64,000 bases of DNA from Bacteroidota bacterium (GCA_034659275.1 JAYEGY010000029.1:1018-65017), one strand, 5' to 3'; shown: positions 22,194 through 32,300, counted from the first letter of the stretch. Numbers and translations are program-made. The notes: generated by a model from the letters alone, not told the origin.

Positions 22194-22562
22194 ATGCGGG
22201 TATTCGCGCTTTGCATATTATTAATATTCACGGGCTTGCAACTGACCAATGGCCAGGCAGTGGAGAAAAATGCTGCCGGTGAAAACAAATCATTGATTGA
22301 AAACTCTTTTGAGGAGGATACAAATACAAAAATCTTTCCCGTACCCGTAACAAACAACCATTTCACTATAACCAGTGATAAGGCTTTCATTTTCATAAGG
22401 CTCACAAATATTATAGGCCAGGAAACTAAAAGGGAAAAGTTTAATTATCCGCGCAACAGGGCTGAAATAAACTTCCCGGATGTTCAGAAAGGCATATACC
22501 TTGTCACCATTCAGTTTGAAGACAAAACACGTACGGTTAAGAAGATACTTATTGATTCATAA
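22194..22562 (+). CDS. Small T9SS type A C-terminal sorting domain protein
   Basis: Signal peptide, KIFPVPV, KGIYLV...KKILI CTD pattern; start uncertain. Confidence 0.75.
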   Translation: MRVFALCILLIFTGLQLTNGQAVEKNAAGENKSLIENSFEEDTNTKIFPVPVTNNHFTITSDKAFIFIRLTNIIGQETKREKFNYPRNRAEINFPDVQKGIYLVTIQFEDKTRTVKKILIDS

Positions 22563-22669
22563 TAGTATCATTTCACCTTCCCCATGTATACAACTATTGA
22601 ATCAGCAATATTCAGTGCTGTTGTCAGTGTACTCAAATCATTAGAATATTTAGACAAAAAGTTTATCTT

Positions 22670-23650
22670 TTAAATGAGATTATTGAAATAGTCTTCCTCC
22701 TCATCGAGGTTAACGAAGGGATATTTGTTCTTTAGCTTTTCTATTTGCGCCAGCATTGAGTCTCTGAATCTCATTATGTCATCTTTTTCATCACTGCTTA
22801 TTATGTGCCTTGTAGCTTCTGTAATTTTAGACACACTGTCGTAAACGAAAGATGTCTCGTTGTTAAAATAAGCGTCGGTGAATCGTTCCCATATATATTC
22901 AATTGCAGTATCAGAAGGGTGAACCATGTCTTTATTATAAAAACGGTAATCTCTCAGTTCATCAAGCACGATCTCGTAAGAGGGAAAATATGAAAGATGT
23001 TCACCCCCGGAAATTAACTCTTCAATTGCAACAAGCAGTGTGGACTTGCTTACCTGGTTTCCATGAGCGCCATCTTTCAGGTGACGTACCGGACTTGTCG
23101 TAAATACGATATTCAGATTACTGTTAAATTCATTGAGACCCGAAATCAACTGTGTCCAACGGTTGACAATATCTTCTGATTTAAGCAAATGACGGCTGAA
23201 TCTTTTTGCGGGTATTTTATGGCAGTTAGCCACCACTTCATTATTCTCTTTCCACCTGTAAACCCATGCTGTTCCGAAGGTGATAAAAAGATAGGCGGCA
23301 GATTTTAAGAACGTACGGGCCTCGGAAAGAGAATTGTTGATTTTTTCAAGGCTTTTTTCATAGTTACGTGAAGAGAAGCCGGTGTCATGGTAAAAACTGA
23401 GATACTTATGGTCATAATAGAAAAGATCCTCCTTACAAAATGATTTACCTTCCATAACAAGTTGCAGTGCCCTGCCCGCTGAGAGCGGATTATACAATAC
23501 GCCAAAGGGATTTATTAGAACTTCCAGTTTGCCTTTTTGAAATTGCCTGCCAATATCATCTGCAAAACATGAACCTATGAATAAAACCGGCGAAGAATAA
23601 GCTATCTTCTTCTTGGCCGGTGATATTTTAACTTTTGTCCTTAATTCCAT
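22670..23650 (-). CDS. GSCFA domain protein (SGNH-like)
   Basis: IGSCFA, NPFGVLYNP, SPVRH, DMVHP motifs. Confidence 0.9.
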   Translation of the reverse strand: MELRTKVKISPAKKKIAYSSPVLFIGSCFADDIGRQFQKGKLEVLINPFGVLYNPLSAGRALQLVMEGKSFCKEDLFYYDHKYLSFYHDTGFSSRNYEKSLEKINNSLSEARTFLKSAAYLFITFGTAWVYRWKENNEVVANCHKIPAKRFSRHLLKSEDIVNRWTQLISGLNEFNSNLNIVFTTSPVRHLKDGAHGNQVSKSTLLVAIEELISGGEHLSYFPSYEIVLDELRDYRFYNKDMVHPSDTAIEYIWERFTDAYFNNETSFVYDSVSKITEATRHIISSDEKDDIMRFRDSMLAQIEKLKNKYPFVNLDEEEDYFNNLI

Positions 23651-24458
23651 TCTCCTTATTTAACCAATTAACAATATATTTAAGAACCTCATCCTTAAAA
23701 ACTTCGTTATGCAACTCGTGGTATCCATTTTTCCATATTTTCATTTCTGCCATCCTGTTATTTTCAGCAAGAATAACAGATCCGTCCGGTGAGGATATCC
23801 TGTCTTCACCGCTATGCATTATCAGAACGGGGATTTTCAGTTCATCCCGGCAATTCAGTAATCGCCTTGCGTTAGCATTTGCAGCAACAAAAAGGTTTAC
23901 CGAGATCATGGAATGAATAAGCGGATCTGACCTGTATTCATCAACAATGCTTTTATCAGAAGAGATATCTTCCGGAACCAGTCCTGTTGGCTGCAACAAT
24001 GAGGGTAATATATGACGCACCACATATGCCAGGATTAGTTTCATCTTCGGCGGTTCAAAGCCTAATTTTATCCATGGGGAGGTAATAATTCCCCTATCCA
24101 TGTTATTCTTTTCAAGGAGGTATTTAAGGGCAATGCCACCCCCAAGGCTATGACCATATAATATTAAGGGCATGTCGCCTTCCCTTTCACGGCAAAATTT
24201 AGCCATTGCCGATACTATTTCATTATATTGATCGAAATTCGCTATATGCCCTCTCTTTCCAGGGGATTTACCGTGTCCCGGCAGATCAAGCCCTATAAAA
24301 GAATAATTATAATCATTGAAAAATGCTGCCACTCCCCTGTACCTGGCAATATGCTCTCCGAGTCCGTGAACCATTAGAATGCATCCGCGAGCATTTGCCA
24401 CCGGCATATGCAGGCCGTGTAATTCATCTGTATTTTCCCCTTTGATTTTTATATCCAT
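23628..24458 (-). CDS. Alpha/beta hydrolase (lysophospholipase-like)
   Basis: VHGLGEH, GHSLGG nucleophile, GYHELH. Confidence 0.9.
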   Translation of the reverse strand: MDIKIKGENTDELHGLHMPVANARGCILMVHGLGEHIARYRGVAAFFNDYNYSFIGLDLPGHGKSPGKRGHIANFDQYNEIVSAMAKFCREREGDMPLILYGHSLGGGIALKYLLEKNNMDRGIITSPWIKLGFEPPKMKLILAYVVRHILPSLLQPTGLVPEDISSDKSIVDEYRSDPLIHSMISVNLFVAANANARRLLNCRDELKIPVLIMHSGEDRISSPDGSVILAENNRMAEMKIWKNGYHELHNEVFKDEVLKYIVNWLNKENGIKDKS

Positions 24459-24828
24459 CGAAAGTTGATATTAAATTATTTAAATATAATGAAAAGATAA
24501 TTATTAAAAAGCGCATGCCAGGTCCCATCTGGCTCCCTTGTACATCCGGCTAATTCCAATGAAGAAACCATGTTCTACTATGCTGTATTTTTCATAGTGA
24601 GTATAACAAAAAAATCAATAAAATAATTTTTTAAAATATCACTATTTAGAAATAATTTCTAATTATTATATAATTAGCTATTTATAACATTGTTTTTCAG
24701 TGTGTTAATTATTAAGCCTTATTTAGACAATATGCCATAAAGGCCAATATTTAAGATATTAGGATTTGTATATCCGAATATATTATTTTATTTTTGCTGT
24801 TGAATGTAAACCCGAAATGATAAAAACA

Positions 24829-25332
24829 ATGACAACAGTTGAATTCAATAAAAACCTGGTAGGCCTTGAAGACAACATGATGAAGTTTGCCCTCAGTCTT
24901 ACAACTGATCGGGCAAGGGCAGAAGACCTTGTGCAGGACACTTACATGAAGGCTATTACCTATAAGGATAAGTTTGTCGATTATACAAACCTGAAGGCCT
25001 GGGTATTCACCATAATGAAGAATACCTTTATAAATAACTACAGGCGTTCAGTAAAGGAGAACACAATTATTGACAGTACACAGGATCTGTATTTTTTAAA
25101 TCTTCCACAGGATTCAGGCTTTATATCTCCTGAATCAAATTATTCACTTGAAGAACTGGAGAAAGTGATTGACACCCTGGAAGACGATTTTAAGATCCCT
25201 TTCAGGATGCATGTTGAGGGTTTCAAATACAAAGAAATAGCAGAAAAATTAAATCTTAAAATAGGAACGGTAAAGAGTCGTATTTTCTTTACACGAAAGA
25301 AACTAATGGAACTACTGGATGATTACCGGTAG
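24829..25332 (+). CDS. ECF RNA polymerase sigma factor
   Basis: AEDLVQDT, NLKAWVFTI, YKEIAEKL..GTVKSRI. Confidence 0.9.
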   Translation: MTTVEFNKNLVGLEDNMMKFALSLTTDRARAEDLVQDTYMKAITYKDKFVDYTNLKAWVFTIMKNTFINNYRRSVKENTIIDSTQDLYFLNLPQDSGFISPESNYSLEELEKVIDTLEDDFKIPFRMHVEGFKYKEIAEKLNLKIGTVKSRIFFTRKKLMELLDDYR

Positions 25333-25360
25333 CTAAACAGTTAATCTCCAATTAATGTCG

Positions 25361-25392
25361 GCGGCAGGCTACCCGAGGAGCCTGTCGCTTTT
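25361..25392 (+). terminator. Terminator after the ECF sigma gene
   Basis: GCGGCAGGCT/AGCCTGTCGC followed by TTTT. Confidence 0.7.
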
Positions 25393-25398
25393 CTATAT

Positions 25399-25575
25399 TG
25401 TCACTCTGAGCGCAGCGAAGATGACGAACTTCTTTGTCGTGGCAGGAACTCCAGAGGTGATTTGTTCCGTGTTTCCCGTACCTACATCTCTTCGTCACTT
25501 AGTCACTTCCCCTTCCCCTTAACCTTGGCCTTAGCCTCAGCCTATTTTAGATCCTTCTCGATGCTCAGGATGACA
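25399..25575. repeat. REP/MITE-like element with imperfect terminal inverted repeats
   Basis: TGTCACTCTGAGC...(about 150 bp)...GCTCAGGATGACA. Confidence 0.6.
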
Positions 25576-25611
25576 AAAAACCGACTTTTAAGACAGTCCC
25601 TTTTCATTAAT

Positions 25612-26215
25612 TCATCTCCTGAATCTTCTTATTAAAAACCCGCTAATCACAAATGCAAGAAACACTCCCGTCACGATCCATGCCCAGGTGTTTTTTTTTG
25701 ATTCTGACCACATATTATAATCTGTGGTCAGTATAACATCCCCCTTCACTTCCCAGATCACATTCCCGTCTTCATCTATGTAACCGTTGGTAGCTATCAG
25801 TTCACCAGGCATAACATTCTGTATAAGATAATCATCTGCTGTCAATGCAACGTCAAACTCTTCTTCCACCTCTGACATGGCGGTATCCAGCAGGGCTTTA
25901 TTTGATTGATAGTAACCTTCACCCATCAGGCTGTCAAGTACCTGTTCTTCATCCATACCTGAACTCAGCAATGACTTTGCAATTTCTTCTTCTTTTTGCC
26001 GCAATACATTCACATTTATATCAATTTCAGGATTAACATTTAGCGTATCAGCTATTTTCTCAATCATTGCCTTAACAAGGCTTCTTCCGAGCCATTCATC
26101 CTTTTTATCCTCCATGGGTTCTATAATGGTCTTCTTGATTGTGCTGCTATCAGGTTCTTCAAGACGTGCATCAACAAGCTTCTCGGGCATGTAGAAGAAA
26201 TGCAGTTCATCACTT
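25612..26215 (-). pseudogene. C-terminal remnant of a membrane-anchored hypothetical protein
   Basis: The frame extends upstream of the called Met to a junction near 26215; no signal peptide although a C-terminal TM + RRFRR anchor is present. Confidence 0.6.
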
Positions 26216-26326
26216 CCTGTTCCTTGAACTTATCTTTTGCATTATACTCTCTTTCAGGGATTCCCTATCCTCAATTTGGGGTTTATGTAAGCGTAAATGT
26301 TTTATTATTTTGTTAAGATCCCTCAT
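26210..26326 (-). pseudogene. Truncated anti-sigma-like ORF (38 aa, MRDLNKIIKHLR...)
   Basis: ATGA overlap with the sigma-factor stop; ends at the junction with the downstream fragment before any TM. Confidence 0.5.
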
Positions 26327-26883
26327 AGTTTTTTCATTTTAAAATATTCCTTCACCTTTCTCTCCATCTCTTTTCTGGCATGACTGAGATTACTTTTTAT
26401 GGACGACTTGTTCATTCCAATAATCTCAGCAACTTCATCATGGCTCAGCTCCTCTAATTCAATCATGGTAAACACAATTCTCTGCCTGGGGCTTAAGCCT
26501 GACGCCAGGGACCTCAGTATTGAGGCAGCTTCTTCATTATTCAGCTCATCATCTGCCCTGTCATCTGCATTGATTTCATTAATTAAGAATCCATCATCAA
26601 TCCTGGTGTCTGCGAACCTGAATTTCCTCCTTCGCAGCAGGTCATAACATTTATTCACAGCTATTTTTCTAATATATGAAATTACTGAGCTACCCTTTTT
26701 TAATATGCCCCTCTTCTCCCAGACTTTCAGGAATGTTTCCTGCACAATATCCCTTGCATCATCTTCATCCGCCGTTATTCTGAAAGCAGTCACATAAATA
26801 AAATCCATATTTCCCTCTAATAGCTTTCGGAATTCGCTTTCATTCCCGTTTCGTATTTTTACTATATCATAATTATCAGTCAA
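26323..26883 (-). CDS. ECF RNA polymerase sigma factor
   Basis: ARDIVQETFLKVW, LSPRQRIVF, SIKSNLSHAR. Confidence 0.88.
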   Translation of the reverse strand: MTDNYDIVKIRNGNESEFRKLLEGNMDFIYVTAFRITADEDDARDIVQETFLKVWEKRGILKKGSSVISYIRKIAVNKCYDLLRRRKFRFADTRIDDGFLINEINADDRADDELNNEEAASILRSLASGLSPRQRIVFTMIELEELSHDEVAEIIGMNKSSIKSNLSHARKEMERKVKEYFKMKKL

Positions 26884-26970
26884 ATTCAGCTGTTTATATA
26901 TTATACGTTTGGTCTCATGAAAGGTAAAAATTTACTTTTTTTTCTTACATTTATTTACAAATATTATAAG

Positions 26971-27375
26971 ATGACTGAAATTATAACCATAAGCACACAC
27001 CAGAGAAATTGTCTTTATGACATTGGCCCCGAGGTAGCTAATATTGTAAATAAGTCAGGGATAAAAGAGGGCCTTGTTAATGTTTTTGCCCGTGGGGCAA
27101 CTGCAGCCATAATGATACAGGAGAACTGGGATGATTCTGTACAGGCTGATGTTGTATCACTCCTGGCTAAACTCATTCCCCCGGGTGTATGGGAACACGA
27201 CAGGCAGGACAATAACGGCGACAGTCATCTGAAATCAGGGCTGGTAAGCCCCTCAGAGACCATACCCCTTATCAACGGGAAAATGGCTCTGAGCACCTGG
27301 CAGAATATTTTCTTCTGTGAATTTGACGGGCCGAGGAAGAAAAGGGAAATTGCTGTTACTGTCATAAAGGGTTAA
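26971..27375 (+). CDS. yjbQ: YjbQ family (secondary thiamine-phosphate synthase) protein
   Basis: NGDSHLKS and STWQNIFFCEFDGPR motifs. Confidence 0.88.
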   Translation: MTEIITISTHQRNCLYDIGPEVANIVNKSGIKEGLVNVFARGATAAIMIQENWDDSVQADVVSLLAKLIPPGVWEHDRQDNNGDSHLKSGLVSPSETIPLINGKMALSTWQNIFFCEFDGPRKKREIAVTVIKG

Positions 27376-27530
27376 AAGGCACCTGATAAATTTTTTTTAA
27401 ACATCTTTTGTCGTACATATTCTTTAACTTAATATTTTTTAATCTCATAATTTTTTAACCCTATTAACTAAAACCTGTCATTGAAAATTCGAATATTGAC
27501 ATCGATTCTATATTCAGCAAAATTGCCGAA

Positions 27531-28319
27531 ATGGCATCAACTTACGGGATAAAACTCGTCCTTACAATTATTGTGCTTATTGTTGGCTTTATAATTATTA
27601 AGGCCATATCAAAAGGCGCAGTGAAAATGATGAAAAGAAGAAACATTGATGATTCCCTTATCCCCTTCCTGAGAAGCCTGATTTCCATTACCCTCAAGGT
27701 GCTGCTTTTAATAAGCGTCCTGGGAATGGTTGGCATTCAAATGACATCTTTTATTGCTGTTCTCGGTGCAGTAGGGCTGGCTGTTGGACTGGCCTTGCAG
27801 GGCACATTGCAAAATTTCGCAGGTGGTGTTATCATCCTCCTGTTCAAACCTTATAAGGTTGGTGATTATATAACAACACAGGGATATAGCGGCACTGTAA
27901 AAGAAATACAGATTTTCACCACAGTGCTAACCACTCCTGACAATCAAACCATTATTATACCTAATTCCCCTATTGCCGTAAACGCACTGACCAATTACTC
28001 AACCCAGGATACCCGTAGGGTATACTTCACTTTTGGTATAGGGTGTGGCGATAACATAGATAAGGCCAGGGAAGTGATCATGAAAATAATAGATGCGGAT
28101 GACAGGGTGCTAAGGACTCCTGAACCAATGATCAAAGTTGCAAATCTCGGTGACAGCTCAGTGGATTTTGCAACAAGGATGTGGGCAAAATCAAGTGATT
28201 ACTGGAGTGTCTTTTTTGATATGAACGAAAAAGTCAAAAAAGCATTCGACAGTGAAGGAATCAGTATTCCCTTCCCCCAGCAGGATGTTCATTTATATAA
28301 ACATGAATCAAATAGTTGA
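27531..28319 (+). CDS. mscS: Small-conductance mechanosensitive channel
   Basis: GLALQGTLQNFAGG, KPYKVGD, IPFPQQDV; the frame is open upstream to an ATT at 27480. Confidence 0.9.
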   Translation: MASTYGIKLVLTIIVLIVGFIIIKAISKGAVKMMKRRNIDDSLIPFLRSLISITLKVLLLISVLGMVGIQMTSFIAVLGAVGLAVGLALQGTLQNFAGGVIILLFKPYKVGDYITTQGYSGTVKEIQIFTTVLTTPDNQTIIIPNSPIAVNALTNYSTQDTRRVYFTFGIGCGDNIDKAREVIMKIIDADDRVLRTPEPMIKVANLGDSSVDFATRMWAKSSDYWSVFFDMNEKVKKAFDSEGISIPFPQQDVHLYKHESNS

Positions 28320-28423
28320 AAAAGTTGAATAAAGTTGAGAGTGAGTTTAAAATAGTGTTAATAAACTCATTCTCAACGCATTCTCAACAGAAACTGCTTC
28401 GCAGTTTCGTTCAACTTTTTCAA
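28316..28423. repeat. 108-bp nested palindromic element (MITE-like)
   Basis: Perfect 14-bp terminal IR TTGAAAAAGTTGAA/TTCAACTTTTTCAA enclosing two inner stems. Confidence 0.65.
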
Positions 28424-28443
28424 TCTTTTTTATACTTAATACG

Positions 28444-28895
28444 ATGATAATGAAAAATTTAATTGCGCTGACCATTGGATTATTAATTACAGTTACAGCA
28501 ATAGCGCAGGATACAGCAAGCGTTGAAGGCCCATGGAAATATGATGGAATGACAGCCTTTCAAATGCAGGTAGCTTTGGGCTTGAACCCGGGGAAAAAAC
28601 AAGATCTGAATTTGGTGGCCTTGTAAGGGTTGGAATAAATAAGGACCTCATGGAAAATGTGAACCTTACCTCTACGATCGATTTGTTTTCAAATTATTTT
28701 GACAGTCCACAAAATATTGACATCAGCTGGAAAGCATTGCTAAACATGAAGATTAATGAATATCTTTCTGCCAACATAAGTACACATCTAATATATGATG
28801 ATGATATCGATTGGGTCGACTCCGAAGGTATTAAACATGGCCCGAAAGTTCAGTTCAAGGAGATGCTGGGAATAGGGTTCTCCTATAAATTTTAG
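28444..28895 (+). pseudogene. DUF3078-like outer-membrane protein with internal deletion and frameshift
   Basis: Signal peptide and ...GPWK N-terminus joined out of frame at about 28560 to NAGSFGLEPGEKTRSEFGG...QFKEMLGIGFSYKF. Confidence 0.75.
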
Positions 28896-28900
28896 ATTCC

Positions 28901-28921
28901 AGATTTAAGATTTAAGATTTA
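28901..28921 (+). repeat. Heptamer tandem repeat (AGATTTA)x3
   Basis: Read directly from the sequence. Confidence 0.85.
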
Positions 28922-28977
28922 AGAATTGCTTGACCCGAATACATTCTTGAATGAATAGCTTGTTAAATGTAATCACG

Positions 28978-29844
28978 TTAATGATCCTCCGGCTCTATAT
29001 GTACATGTACATGGCAGCGGGGGATTTCTGATTTAATCATGTTCTCGATCCTGGTGGATATATCATGTGACTCATGTATGTCCATTTCCTTTTTCACATG
29101 GATATTAAGTTCTGTAAATATTTCCGCTCCTGCTGCCCTTACTTTTAAATCATGATAATATTCTATGTCCAGATAATTATCCAGGATTGATTTTATTTTT
29201 TCATATGTCTTTTCCGGGACACGGTCCAGAAGCACGCTTATCGCTCTTTTACCCAGCCTGTAGGATATATAAATTACTATCAGGGCAACGCCCAGTGCTG
29301 CAATGCTGTCAGCCACGTATATACCAAAATTTGCACATATCAGGCCCACCAGGACGACTGATGAACTCAATACATCGGTTGAAAAATGAAGCGCATCTGC
29401 TTCCAATGCCTGGCTGTTATATTTCTTAGCGACACGTTTCAGAGCCCTGGATCTTGAAATATCTATCACGATAGAAGTAATAACAACTATATAACTCCAC
29501 ACTGTCACCTCTATATGGGTTTCACCTGTGACCAGTCTGTTTATTGCCTCATAAATAATCCAGGCGCAGGTAATTAACAGCAGGAAAGTTTCTATCAGGG
29601 CTGACAGGTTCTCGATTTTACCATGTCCGTAATGATGATCCTGATCAGCCGGTTTGTCTGATATTCTTACGGCAAACCACGTTATGCCGGCAGCAACAAG
29701 GTCGAGGGCCGAATGCAGGGCTTCTGAAATAATACCAAGGCTGCCTGTGACTATGCCAACGACCAGTTTAAAGCCGGTAAGAAAAATTGCAGCTATTACC
29801 GAGGTAGTTGCAACAGTCTTTTTTTCCCTGCTTGCCTGTGTCAT
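28978..29844 (-). CDS. Cation diffusion facilitator (FieF-like)
   Basis: SEALHSALD, HHYGHGKIE, ADALHFSTD, VHIEP. Confidence 0.92.
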   Translation of the reverse strand: MTQASREKKTVATTSVIAAIFLTGFKLVVGIVTGSLGIISEALHSALDLVAAGITWFAVRISDKPADQDHHYGHGKIENLSALIETFLLLITCAWIIYEAINRLVTGETHIEVTVWSYIVVITSIVIDISRSRALKRVAKKYNSQALEADALHFSTDVLSSSVVLVGLICANFGIYVADSIAALGVALIVIYISYRLGKRAISVLLDRVPEKTYEKIKSILDNYLDIEYYHDLKVRAAGAEIFTELNIHVKKEMDIHESHDISTRIENMIKSEIPRCHVHVHIEPEDH

Positions 29845-30010
29845 TGCCAGATTATTTTTTCCAGATGCAAATCTATATCTCTCCACGGGTTACAAGTTCT
29901 TTCCCCGGGAAATAAGTATTCCACTGATATAAGAGGGTAAAGATACAAAATACAATTTTTTTGCTGCTGTTTTGAGCTTATAAGTCAGCTAATATCCATG
30001 CCGGAAGGAG

Positions 30011-31308
30011 CTATTGCGGTTCAATGGTAATATAGATAATCGGGTCATCGGTAGTAGGTATTTCAAGATACATAATACCGTCATCTGTTACCCTAAAATT
30101 ATCTATTCCTGATTGTTCTCCATGGATATAGTGAGTAGTGTATACATTGTAATCTCGTTCCTCCATTCCTATTAAGGTCGCTTGTATACTCTTTCCGAAA
30201 GCTTTTTTCCCCGGCAGGTTTGCCCATACTGCCACAACTATATTATCATCCAGGGTAAAAGCATAATTTCTGAATTCATAAGGCGCAAAATAATTAATTG
30301 CAGATGTATCATTTGAAAAAATCCCAAATCCCGTCTTTACCTCTTTTCTGCATGCTTCCGTGGTCGTTTTTTTGCCGGCCATGAATCAAGAGGCCATTCC
30401 GTGGTAAAGGATGGACCAACCACCTTCCGTCCATACTTATGTATTATTTCAGCCGCAGGTATAAGGATTTTGTCAACATAAACCTTATAATTCTCATCCG
30501 CTCTTAAAAACCAGTCTATATTCGGTTCGTTCCATACTTCAAAATATTTAATATCAGGATAACGCTTCACCACCTCTTCAATGTATTCCTGCCATTCTTC
30601 CATCATGTTTTCAGCAGGTGGATACCGGTGACTGGCTTCATTGTCTGCCGGCACCTTATCTTCTCTTTTCGCATCAGCAAACAGTATATCAAGCCACTCT
30701 ACTTCCCTGAGACCAGGTTTTAAAAGCTTTACGGGTGCCTCAATGTGTTCTGTCCACGACTTTCCCGTTTCAATTATTAAGGGGTGCGGCCTCACATGGC
30801 TGGCCAGGCTGTGCTTTTTAATCTCATGAGGACGCTCTTCAATTGCCTCTGACAGGGCTGAAAGGATGTTTGCTCCATTATAATCTGAAGAAGGTAAAGC
30901 ATAAACAGCAGATACCATTATTTGCCGTTCGCCTGTATTCATTAGCCTGGCTGATATATAGTTTTCCCTTATATCCTGCCCCAGGTAACGGCTTTTGATA
31001 AGTTCTTTCAATATCAGCAGCTTACTATCATGGTATATTTTCTCAATTCCCTCACCTGCCACTTCCCATCTATCTCCAAATACAGGATTGCTTTTCAGGC
31101 TGACCCGTATATCTCCTGGCTGTAAACCTTTTCCGTAAACCACAAGGTCAAAGCTGATGGTATCCGGTGATTGGGTTTCAGTGTATGCCAGGTTGTAATG
31201 AATGTCATCCTGATCCTTTGATTCGGTAAAAGAGCATAAAAACGTACAAACAAAAGCTATTATAATATTTAAAACAATTTTCATTATTCGTGTTTTAATT
31301 AATCGCAT
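30011..31308 (-). pseudogene. Broken secreted glycoside hydrolase (GH39/GH5-like, clan A)
   Basis: FEVWNEPN acid/base motif; split into 30337-31308 and 30011-30382 in different frames; the second half of the barrel appears missing. Confidence 0.6.
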
Positions 31309-32295
31309 TTATTTATTCTCAATAAGCACTTCTATTTTCATGTCACCTGACCCGGGTAGATTGATGAAGTTTTCGCGCTGGTCATAATCACTCCATATTT
31401 CCCCATTGATCTTCACCCTTTCTATTATTGTATTCCGGCTTTCCACAGGCAGGGGTTATAATTTTTCTCCCCGGAGCGGGTCATTCACATTAAAATAAAG
31501 TGTTAAAGGTTTATTCATAACCCACAGGTTTGTGTATATATAATTCAGCATGGCATGTTCCAGGCTATGGTAAGACGTTTTGCTGCGCACCGCTTTTGAT
31601 CCGTTGTTTACACTGCCATCAATATTTACGGTGAGAAAAGCTCCACCATATTCCTCATCGATAAAATACCTGTTTCATGACTCAGCTCCTTTTTGATAGA
31701 TCTTAAGATACACGTCTTCTTCTGTCTCATGATAGAGGTATAATGATAACATATTCCCGTATGCCTGGATCCACCACGGGGATGAATCATTATGATGGGC
31801 AGGGTTGGCTCTTCCGATACGCTGATACCATGTCCTGTCAAAACGTTCCAGTATCCATGGCTCACCGGGCATTGACATACTGTCAGTTACCGTGTTAATG
31901 ATTTTCTCCATCTGTTCAAGATAAATGGTATTTCCTGTTGCAAGATAGAGGTATATCAGGTATCCTGATACCGGTGCCAGTTGTGGTGAAAAATCCTTAT
32001 CCGTATACTGCACACTCAAATCCCTGTTCAGACTCCTGTAATATCCCCCATATAGCGAATCCCATGCATATTTTTCCATTATCCCCGTCGTAAGGCTTCC
32101 ATTCACGGTCGGGGAAAGTGTAAGACGTACCCGAAACGTATCTATACTATTCCGCATCCAGTAATCGAGTACCTCTTTGGTTCCTTGTTCTATCCAGTAT
32201 TCCCCCAATGGAATACTGGATGTTCCTTTCCTGTCATAACATGAATACTGTGACAGGAACAGTATAATAACCGATAAAACAATAAAATATCTCAT
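31309..32295 (-). pseudogene. AGE/N-acylglucosamine 2-epimerase-family lipoprotein pseudogene
   Basis: WDSLYGGYY, WWIQA, FIDEEYGG, KTSYHSLEH motifs; in-frame stops at 31675 (TGA) and 31456 (TAA); apparent internal deletions. Confidence 0.72.
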
Positions 32296-32300
32296 AGTTA

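Noticed and set aside
24500-24760. AT-rich intergenic region with a weak GCCAG/CTGGC hairpin and TTTTTCATAG
   Set aside because: Only a 5-bp stem and no convincing promoter; insufficient for an ncRNA call
31675-31677. In-frame TGA in the AGE-like gene as selenocysteine or recoded Trp
   Set aside because: The same gene has an in-frame TAA and deletions, and TGA is a normal stop elsewhere in the window; simple decay explains it
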